Shown here in pieces: positions 57,158-64,000 of a DNA stretch of 64,000 bases. How positions within the stretch are numbered: the first letter of the stretch is position 1; every line of letters begins with the position of its first letter. The translations under genes and the position numbers were made by a program. Below the pieces are notes generated by a model. It searched no databases. It worked only from the letters and a program-made list of their open reading frames with translations, and was not told the DNA's origin. This DNA comes from Patescibacteria group bacterium (GTDB taxonomy: Bacteria > Patescibacteriota > Patescibacteriia > SG8-24 > DYFX01). The stretch is from contig JBAZZB010000002.1 of assembly GCA_041659045.1 (NCBI GenBank), positions 21,427-85,426 on the forward strand. The letters run 5' to 3'.

Positions 57158-60100
57158 TTACCACATGCTCCGGCCGCCGAGCGCCCAACCAATGACGGGG
57201 GCGTTCTTGTACTGCCAGAGGAATTTGCGGGGCGGAACCGTGCGGTAGACAGCGCGGCCAGCAGCGCGCGTTGCGTCGCTGTTGCGGGTCCAATAAGCAA
57301 TGGACTCGTCGTGCGTCAGAAGCAGCTGCTTAGCAATATTCTGAAGCGAGGTGCGCTGTGTCATGTCGGTCGTGAAGTAGGCACCGAGGGCGACGACACT
57401 GCTCACGTCGAGCGAGTGTTCGAAGCCGTTGGCCGGATCCGGATCAGCATCACCCTTCGCACCGAAGCTGTAGGCGATGTAGTACGGGTAGTAGCGGCCA
57501 ACCGACATCGGTCCGTCTTCTCCGGCTTGAAGCGTCGTGATACCGCGGTTCACTTCGCACTGTGCGAGATCAACCAAGGCGGCGGGCACGGACGAGTGAC
57601 CAGTGGCTTGGTAACCGCGGAGGAAACCATAGGCCAAGAGACTCGACATCCACGGTGAGAAGGTATTGTTCTCCCCTTCCGGCGGATAGTTGAAGCAGCC
57701 GTTCGGCGCGTTGCCGTTCAAGCTCGAAGTCTGGCGTGCGCGCATCGTATTGATGGCGTTCGTGACCATCGCGCGCTGGTGGGCGCTACCCGTCAACTCG
57801 GCGTCGACAGCGTGCGCGAGCAAGGCGTAACCGCGATGGCGTTCCGTTTCACCGGTTCCCATCAAGTTGATGTGGAACTCCATGGCCCAAGAGATGTAGC
57901 CGATCTTCTTGAGGTGCGTCGTGTCACCTGTCAGGAGGTAGTTCGAGAGAAGACCTTCGCTGTACGAATACTTGAGGTCGTGGAAGGAGCCGGCGGCGTC
58001 GGGATTCTTCAGGCGGAAGCTGCCGACGCAGTACGGATAGTACGTACCTGAGCAGTTTTCCGGCCCATAGATGTTCTGCGCGTAGTGATCCGCAGCGCGC
58101 TGCGCTTCACGGAGCATGTCGGCGTTGCCGGTACGGAAGTAGCCGTTATAGAAGGTCTGCGTGCGGTCGTAGAGCCACGGTTCTGCGTCGGTGTAGAAGT
58201 CGATGAGGTCATCGGCATAGGTCACCGGCCACGACTGCTTCACCGAGTGCTGGTTGGTGAGCGAGTAGAAGAAGTCATCGGTGGCTTTGTCCGTGGCGGC
58301 GAGATACGTCTGGGTGCCGGTCGGGTTCACCATCGGGAAGATGGCCGTGCAGTCCAAGTAGCGGTTATCGATTGCGGCGAGCACGCGCGGTTCGCGAATC
58401 GTGAGGCCGCTCGTGTTTACGGACGGCGCATACGTGCCGTCATTCACGACGCGATACGTGTCGCGCACCGGGGTTTCGCTCGTAAGGTTCTGCGTGCGAG
58501 CGCGGTTCAAGCCGACCGTGACGGTCACCGGGCTGGTACTCGAGAAGTTCATGTCGAACTGGACGAGCACGCTGCGGATACCGGGGTTACCGGAAGCCGT
58601 GAGGCCGTTGCAGAGCAAACGCTGATCCGGCATCTGTTCCCAAGCGCCGAGACTGCGGACGAAAGCCGGGAGTTCCTGGCCGGCAGCGTTCGTCACGCGG
58701 ATATTATTGGTATTCACGAGCGTGCTCGGCGGGAGCGGGAAGCCGAACGAAACGCGGCGCGTCTGGCCGACGGAGTCGGCAGCCGGGATCAAGCGGACCG
58801 TGACGTCCTTCGGCGTGGTGTTGACCGCGGCGCCGTTCGAGGAGAGGTCGTTACGCAAGTCCATTTCGGCGGTCATCGAACGGAACGTGGTCGGACGGCT
58901 GTTATAGCCAGACAATTCAAGGTTGGTCGAATCCGAGGCCGGGGGCGGCACCGTGCAAGATTGCGACGTGGCCGGGCTCGGCGTGGTGACGCCAGCGCAA
59001 TCCGTCGTCATGCTGCAGGAGCGCGTCTGGCTGCCGCTGGCAGAACAGGCGTTCCAGTCAGTACATGTCCAGGTATCGGCCGTACAGCTCGGAGACGGCG
59101 TCGGCGCAGGTGCGGGCGTCGGGGTCGTGGTTGAACACGACTGTGAAGTCGCCGGGCTCGGCGTCGTGACGCCGGCGCAGTCAGACGTCATGCTGCAAAG
59201 ACGCGTCTGGTTGCCGCTTGTCGAGCACGCATTCCAATCCGTGCAGGACCACGTGTCGGCCGTACAGGTCGGAGCTGGCGTTGAAGCAGCCCTCTGCTCA
59301 ACAACATAGAGGTGCGCGTCATCAACCGTAGCCGTAATCGTGCCCGCATCGTCCAGTTTGAACTGGAAGAAGACGCGCTCGAGACGTTGGTTATTGGTGT
59401 TGAGGTTCAAGTAGACATCAGTGGACTGCGTGCTCACCGGGTAATCCTGGCAGCTCGAGATCGGCTGACCCGAAGAAGCGAGATACGCGATCGAGCAGAT
59501 CTGCATGCGCAAACCGGCTGCGGAAGCGCTGTCGACTCGGACCTTGGCTTTCACCGTCACCGAGCTCGCGAGCGGACCGCCGTTATAGGGGTAGTTGTGC
59601 GCGAAGGAGACGCGGCCATAGGAGTTCGTGGTCACGCGAAGGCTGCTCGTACCTTGAATCGGGCTTGCAGTGATACGAGAAACCGTACCATCGGACGATT
59701 CGTTCGGCTCGAAACCACCAACGGATGATTCGAAACCATTGTCCGTGATGTAGTCAGCGAGCGCGGAGCCGGAAGGAACCGTCGGCATCTGTCCGGTGGT
59801 CGGCGTCGGAGTGGGCGCGGGGGTCGTGACCGGCGGCGTGCAGGACTGTGTGGTAGCCGGGCTCGGCGTCGTGACGCCGGCGCAGTCGGTTGTCATGCTG
59901 CAAAGGCGCGTCTGGCTGCCGCTGGCAGAGCAGGCGTTCCAATCGGTGCAAGACCACACGTCAGCCGTGCAGCTCGGGGTCGGAGTGGGCGTCGGGGTAG
60001 GGGTCGGCGCCGGCGGAGGCGTCGGAGTGGCAATATTGCCAAGACCCTTATCCCCATTAATACTGGTCGCCGAAGCAAGTTCAGCCGTGCGATCGTAGTC

Positions 60101-60580
60101 GGCGGCGGAATTGATGGGCGAACCGTCGGTGTAGTTTACGAAGAAGGCGTCCGGAATATCGTCGATAAGCGACGCCCAGCCGGAGCCAAAGATGGCGGCA
60201 GCGACGGCTTCAGACGAAACAAAGCGCAAAATGCCGCCACGCGAGATCGCGTAGACGCTGGGATCGGTATCGATTTTGATCATGCGAGAACCCGGGCGAT
60301 ACGTGACGTTGCCGCCAATCGTGATCGCGGCGAGTTCATCGGCCGTGACGGTTTGAACGCTGGAAAAATCGGAGTACCAGGTTCGGAAAACGTTTTCGTT
60401 CGGGAAGACGTAACGCCGGCCGTTGGAGGCGAAGTAATAGACGGCAGGATGATCGGCGCGCTTGATGAGGGCACCCGGAGTCGGTGCGGCTTTTGCCGTA
60501 AACGGCATGCCGACGAAGGACGTCGCGAGCGTAAGGAGGAGGATCAAGGCACGGAACGCGTTCGTCTTCTTCATAGGCAT
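57158..60580 (-). CDS. giant secreted protein, paralog of 48361..51972, with a different (alpha/alpha)-toroid-like C-terminal domain
   Basis: N-terminal ~180 aa are >90% identical to the paralog, including the signal peptide and module. One plus two Cys-rich repeats and a CBM-like domain follow. The C-terminal 600 aa are distinct (…YYPYCVGSFRLKNPDAAGSFHDLKYSYSEGLLSNYLLTGD…), consistent with a glycoside hydrolase/lyase-like toroid; this call is low certainty. Confidence 0.8.
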   Translation of the reverse strand: MPMKKTNAFRALILLLTLATSFVGMPFTAKAAPTPGALIKRADHPAVYYFASNGRRYVFPNENVFRTWYSDFSSVQTVTADELAAITIGGNVTYRPGSRMIKIDTDPSVYAISRGGILRFVSSEAVAAAIFGSGWASLIDDIPDAFFVNYTDGSPINSAADYDRTAELASATSINGDKGLGNIATPTPPPAPTPTPTPTPTPSCTADVWSCTDWNACSASGSQTRLCSMTTDCAGVTTPSPATTQSCTPPVTTPAPTPTPTTGQMPTVPSGSALADYITDNGFESSVGGFEPNESSDGTVSRITASPIQGTSSLRVTTNSYGRVSFAHNYPYNGGPLASSVTVKAKVRVDSASAAGLRMQICSIAYLASSGQPISSCQDYPVSTQSTDVYLNLNTNNQRLERVFFQFKLDDAGTITATVDDAHLYVVEQRAASTPAPTCTADTWSCTDWNACSTSGNQTRLCSMTSDCAGVTTPSPATSQSCSTTTPTPAPAPTPSPSCTADTWTCTDWNACSASGSQTRSCSMTTDCAGVTTPSPATSQSCTVPPPASDSTNLELSGYNSRPTTFRSMTAEMDLRNDLSSNGAAVNTTPKDVTVRLIPAADSVGQTRRVSFGFPLPPSTLVNTNNIRVTNAAGQELPAFVRSLGAWEQMPDQRLLCNGLTASGNPGIRSVLVQFDMNFSSTSPVTVTVGLNRARTQNLTSETPVRDTYRVVNDGTYAPSVNTSGLTIREPRVLAAIDNRYLDCTAIFPMVNPTGTQTYLAATDKATDDFFYSLTNQHSVKQSWPVTYADDLIDFYTDAEPWLYDRTQTFYNGYFRTGNADMLREAQRAADHYAQNIYGPENCSGTYYPYCVGSFRLKNPDAAGSFHDLKYSYSEGLLSNYLLTGDTTHLKKIGYISWAMEFHINLMGTGETERHRGYALLAHAVDAELTGSAHQRAMVTNAINTMRARQTSSLNGNAPNGCFNYPPEGENNTFSPWMSSLLAYGFLRGYQATGHSSVPAALVDLAQCEVNRGITTLQAGEDGPMSVGRYYPYYIAYSFGAKGDADPDPANGFEHSLDVSSVVALGAYFTTDMTQRTSLQNIAKQLLLTHDESIAYWTRNSDATRAAGRAVYRTVPPRKFLWQYKNAPVIGWALGGRSMW

Positions 60581-60596
60581 TTGGGTTTAAGAACTA

Positions 60597-60625
60597 CATT
60601 GTATCAAAAAAACGTCAAGAGTTCA
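60597..60625 (-). promoter_or_regulatory. duplicated sigma70-like promoter (copy 2)
   Basis: Same TTGAAC/17/TACAAT arrangement as 51990..52018. Confidence 0.45.
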
Positions 60626-60659
60626 AGACCTCTTTGACGTTTTCCTGTAATTTTAGCGA

Positions 60660-61046
60660 TTACGCGCGCGTGGCAGTCGGTGGATGGAGCAAAATTTCTT
60701 TCACTTTCTCCACGACTTCCTTAATAGGGTGCTGGGCTTTGACGAAATAATCGGTCGCTCCAAGCTTGAGAGCGCGCTTGATGTCTTCGTCCTGACCAAG
60801 ATTTGAGAGAATGATGACCGGGACGACTTTTGTCACTTGATCGGCTTGCAGCGCTTCGAGAACTTCGAAGCCGCTCTTCTTCGGCAACATGAGGTCGAGG
60901 AGAATGAGGTCCATTTGCGCAGCCTTTGCCTTCATCAAGGCCTCTTCGCCGTCTTGAGCCGTTTCAACAAGAAAGTGATGGTGCTCGAACTCGTCGCGCA
61001 ACACCTCACGCAGCGTTTTTTCGTCTTCGGCGATGAGGATCTTCAT
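60660..61046 (-). CDS. stand-alone response regulator receiver (CheY-like)
   Basis: MKILIAEDEKTLREVL…DLILLDLMLPKKSGFEVLEAL…VPVIILS…KLGATDYFVK: phospho-acceptor Asp and the T/K signature present, no output domain. The ATG at 61046 is preferred over the ORF-track start at 61082. Confidence 0.8.
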   Translation of the reverse strand: MKILIAEDEKTLREVLRDEFEHHHFLVETAQDGEEALMKAKAAQMDLILLDLMLPKKSGFEVLEALQADQVTKVVPVIILSNLGQDEDIKRALKLGATDYFVKAQHPIKEVVEKVKEILLHPPTATRA

Positions 61047-61062
61047 ACGGTGGATGCGGTAT

Positions 61063-62760
61063 TTATTTGTTGATGTCTTCAATGCTATCCGAAATATACT
61101 TGCTGAGCTCCTTCGCTCGTTTTTTCCAACGCTCCAGAAGCGTCAGCGTTTCTTTCGTTTCCGATTCCGCGAGCGTCGCCTGCTTCCCGTACTTCTTGAG
61201 CAGATACCCGAAGTCTTTCTCCATTTGATCTCCCGCCGAGAGTAAATCGCGCTGCGCGATCACTTGGCGATTTCTCCGCTTCCGTCCGCGCACCTGGCTC
61301 ATCCTCCAACCCACGACGTACCCGCCAAGGAGCAGCGCGATGATAGAGAGGAAGAAAACCGCTTGGGAAACTTCAATGCCCGCCAAGACGAGGAAGGGGC
61401 GCGCTCGTACGGTGAACGGGGCCGTACGGACCGGAAGACTGAGAGCGCCGCGCTCGTCGCGAGCGACGGCCTCAACCATATACTGACCCTTTTGGAGCGG
61501 ATGCTCAATATGAGCGTTCCACACCCCATTTTCATCCGGAGCGATGGTCGTGGTTGCAACCGTTTCGCCATTGATCCGTCTGAGCGTCACCAAGACGCTT
61601 GCTCCCGGCATCACTGTACCAGCAATGGTCAGCTCGCCCTCGTCGACGAAAATATCCCTGGGGATCGCGCTGATCGTCGGAGACACGATCGGTACGATCG
61701 TGAGATCGACGGAAGCTTCCGTACGGTTGCCCGCCTGGTCGATCGCGAAGATCTTTACGACGTGCTCGCCAGGAGGAAGCGGCTGAAGCGCTTGCTCGCT
61801 TTCCGTTTGAATTTCCTCACCGGCGTCGATCCGCATGCGGTAGGCGCGGAGCCCGGAAAGCTGGTCGGCACTGGCGTAGGAAAGCTTCGGATTCGGCACG
61901 TCGGAGATCGCTCCTTGTGGAACAAGCACTTCAAACGGCGTCGGCGGAAGCGTGTCGATGGCGATACGGTAGTGCGTCGTTTCGCTCCAACCGACGTTGT
62001 TTCGGAAGCGCACGTGTAGATACCAGATCCCATCTTTTGTGACACGGAAGAGCTTGTTATCGAACAACCCTTCTGATTTCGACGGATTCGTTTGCGGATC
62101 CTGGTTCAATGCTGTCGCGACCGCACTTACGTCGGAAGGAAGATTCCACTTCGCGATAAACGTCGAGAGGATGTTGTACCAATCGCTCGAATTTGGATAG
62201 AGCGGAATTTCAACTTTTGGGGCGTCAGGATTTTTTTCCGCCGGAGTCGGCTCGCGCGTAATCTGCGTCGGCTTTTCCTCGAGCGGCGCAGTGTTCGCAA
62301 TACTGATGCCGTGCATGGCCGTGAGCACGTTGGTGCCGGCTCCATCGCTCGCCGCGACGGCTCCATCGACAAACTGAAAGTCTGCCGTACCGATTTTTTT
62401 GATCTTGAACGTCACGCGTACGATCGGCAGCGACTGCCCGACAAAACCGTTGGTTGAACCGCCCGTGAAGACGATGCGGCCTGTTTCATTCGAATAACTC
62501 GGGCCCTCGACCCAAAAGTTAAACACGGAGTCGTTCGTATCGACGCCAACAGCTTCGACAAGGTCGATCGGGTACTGAAGCGACGCTTCGGCAGCGTTGA
62601 TACCGGCGTTTTCCGTATTGATCGTGAGCGTGAGCGTGACGTTTTCGCCAACCTTGGCAGAACTCTTATCGAGAAGCGCATCGAGCGTGGCAGCGGAGAC
62701 ATGGCTACCGATGAGCACTCCTGCGAGCACCAACGGCGCGTACAGATATGTGAGGCGCAT
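61063..62760 (-). CDS. membrane-anchored surface protein with N-terminal cohesin-like domain
   Basis: Signal peptide MRLTYLYAPLVLAGVLIGSHVSAA. Cohesin-like beta-sandwich GENVTLTLTINTENAGINAAEASLQYPIDLVEAVGV…GRIVFTGG…FVGQSLPIVRVTFKIKKIG. Ig-like domains, C-terminal TM helix, cytoplasmic coiled-coil tail. Confidence 0.6.
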   Translation of the reverse strand: MRLTYLYAPLVLAGVLIGSHVSAATLDALLDKSSAKVGENVTLTLTINTENAGINAAEASLQYPIDLVEAVGVDTNDSVFNFWVEGPSYSNETGRIVFTGGSTNGFVGQSLPIVRVTFKIKKIGTADFQFVDGAVAASDGAGTNVLTAMHGISIANTAPLEEKPTQITREPTPAEKNPDAPKVEIPLYPNSSDWYNILSTFIAKWNLPSDVSAVATALNQDPQTNPSKSEGLFDNKLFRVTKDGIWYLHVRFRNNVGWSETTHYRIAIDTLPPTPFEVLVPQGAISDVPNPKLSYASADQLSGLRAYRMRIDAGEEIQTESEQALQPLPPGEHVVKIFAIDQAGNRTEASVDLTIVPIVSPTISAIPRDIFVDEGELTIAGTVMPGASVLVTLRRINGETVATTTIAPDENGVWNAHIEHPLQKGQYMVEAVARDERGALSLPVRTAPFTVRARPFLVLAGIEVSQAVFFLSIIALLLGGYVVGWRMSQVRGRKRRNRQVIAQRDLLSAGDQMEKDFGYLLKKYGKQATLAESETKETLTLLERWKKRAKELSKYISDSIEDINK

Positions 62761-62765
62761 ACGGC

Positions 62766-64000
62766 TTATTTACGAATCGTTCGAATAAAGATGCTGAAGT
62801 CTGACACGTCGACCTCTCCGTCACTATTCATATCAAGCAGCGCGCGTAGGCTTTCGTCGGCTGATCGCCACCGATAGAGGAAGATGCTCCAATCGGCGAT
62901 ATCGACCTTCGTATCCTCGTTGAGATCCGTCCGCGCGTTCAGGACCCTGGAGACGTTTAAGGTTTTTGGTACCGAGTCCCCGCTCTTCACGCCGTCTGCC
63001 GCAACCTGTCGCGTGCGAATGGCGTGTTTGCCGTATTCCAGCTGCAGCGTCGGCAAGAGGAGTTTGTAGGTACCGTCCTCTTCAACGATCACTTTTTGAA
63101 ACGCCTCATCATCGATGACGACTTCCACGTGATATCCAGGCGTTCCGTAGCCGAACACGAGAATTTGGTTTCCTCGCAAGATCGAGGCACGCGAGAGGTT
63201 GATCGTCGGTGCTGGGAAAATTATCCGCTCGGTAACCGCGTTCAATTCAACTTCGTCCGTGAACGGAATGGATGGACTTACTTGCCCTTGCTTGTCCGTC
63301 ACGCTGACTTCGTAGGAGGCGATCTCTTCAAACGGTCCGGCGTATTCCAGCTGGAAGCTGCCGTCTGCCGACGAGACGACGGCTTCCGACAGCACCAAAT
63401 TCGTTTTCTCGTTCTTGCCGTTGAGCGCCAAGCGCGCACCCGGATACGCCCGGCCGACGAAGCGAAGAATCGTCTGTGCCGGCAACGGCGAGGCGGAACC
63501 AGAACCGCCATAGGAAACGGACGCTTCCTCACCAACGGCTCTGAAAACCGCTTGCTGCATCGAAGACACGTTTAGTCCCGTTGATTCGACGTCTGTCAGC
63601 GTGAGCGTGACCGTTTCAGCAACAGCACTCGTGAGCGTCGCGGTGCCGACGCCGTTTACGACATCAATCACACCGTCGCCTGTCGCGGAGCCATCCGCGT
63701 TCAACCGAACATCCGTTTGATAGGACGTGTCGACGTTTCCGCTTGCGTCCTCTGCCCTGACAACAACAGTCATGTTACCGCCAACGACGACATCTTCCGG
63801 ATCAAGAATAGCGAACCGTGTCGCAACAATCGGCGCGGCACTCACAGCAACAGTATCCGCTGCGTCCGCGACGCCGGCTGCGCCATCCGGACCCGATGCG
63901 TTATCCGAAACCGTAATTATCCTGCTCCCCTCTCCTTCGTCGTAATACCAGAACGCGCCAGTGGACTGACCCGCCGCGATCACGAGCGACGTTATTTGCG
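62766..64000 (-). CDS. dockerin-containing secreted protein (5' end probably beyond window)
   Basis: C-terminal duplicated Ca-binding dockerin segments DLNEDTKVDIADWSIFLYRW … DMNSDGEVDVSDFSIFIRTI, preceded by beta-sandwich/Ig-like repeats. The frame continues to the window edge beyond the ORF-track Met at 63983. Confidence 0.6.
   Translation of the reverse strand, partial: QITSLVIAAGQSTGAFWYYDEGEGSRIITVSDNASGPDGAAGVADAADTVAVSAAPIVATRFAILDPEDVVVGGNMTVVVRAEDASGNVDTSYQTDVRLNADGSATGDGVIDVVNGVGTATLTSAVAETVTLTLTDVESTGLNVSSMQQAVFRAVGEEASVSYGGSGSASPLPAQTILRFVGRAYPGARLALNGKNEKTNLVLSEAVVSSADGSFQLEYAGPFEEIASYEVSVTDKQGQVSPSIPFTDEVELNAVTERIIFPAPTINLSRASILRGNQILVFGYGTPGYHVEVVIDDEAFQKVIVEEDGTYKLLLPTLQLEYGKHAIRTRQVAADGVKSGDSVPKTLNVSRVLNARTDLNEDTKVDIADWSIFLYRWRSADESLRALLDMNSDGEVDVSDFSIFIRTIRK

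Overview
This 64-kb, ~60% GC window reads as a reduced-genome bacterium with CPR/Patescibacteria-like or Gram-positive-like traits: a short archaeal-type ProRS, a 4-domain S1, RNase Y with YmdB, sortase with an LPXTG substrate, PilB and PilT, and a stand-alone response regulator. The rest is a core housekeeping backbone carrying several accessory insertions and surface-protein loci.

Backbone genes called with reasonable confidence: rny-ymdB-hup, proS, typA, dut, pilT, rnc, nusB, rpmF, a DAGK-family lipid kinase, gyrA, rpsA-ftsH, yjjX, pilB, tsaE-tsaD, an MFS transporter, and tRNA-Lys, tRNA-Arg and tRNA-Glu.

Accessory and unusual content, in window order:
- A vWA-domain gene runs off the 5' edge (TTG start, no stop in window, so absent from the ORF track). 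The 723-aa plus-strand ORF over it is an antisense shadow.
- A giant delta-60-like repeat protein at 9627..13043.
- An AT-rich 297-bp GIY-YIG nuclease gene flanked by perfect 30-bp inverted repeats that touch its start and stop codons, followed by two hypothetical genes each ending in a near-identical terminator module.
- A tRNA-Glu-anchored accessory array (37.9-45.1 kb). An exact 45-bp direct repeat of the tRNA 3' end plus its terminator brackets a 2.6-kb integrase-less islet (CHAP peptidoglycan hydrolase plus two membrane-anchored hypotheticals). The array also has three ~100-bp intergenic repeat copies, a methyltransferase, a cupin-NADAR fusion, a Cys-rich secreted peptide and a polytopic membrane protein.
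- A 20-kb cell-surface region: two paralogous giant secreted proteins (tandem 45-aa Cys-rich repeats, CBM-like domains, heparinase II/III-like or other toroid catalytic domains) sharing a ~550-bp duplicated promoter plus 5' coding segment, an LPXTG protein with sortase, a DNRLRE/DUF11/PG-binding protein, and a cohesin/dockerin protein pair.
- A novel ~110-aa module recurs at the N- or C-terminus of four of these giant surface proteins.
- A two-gene operon encoding an HExxH-motif protein and an unknown partner.

Most long ORFs on the opposite strand of real genes are high-GC antisense shadows. Coordinates of non-ORF features are read by eye and may be off by a few nt.
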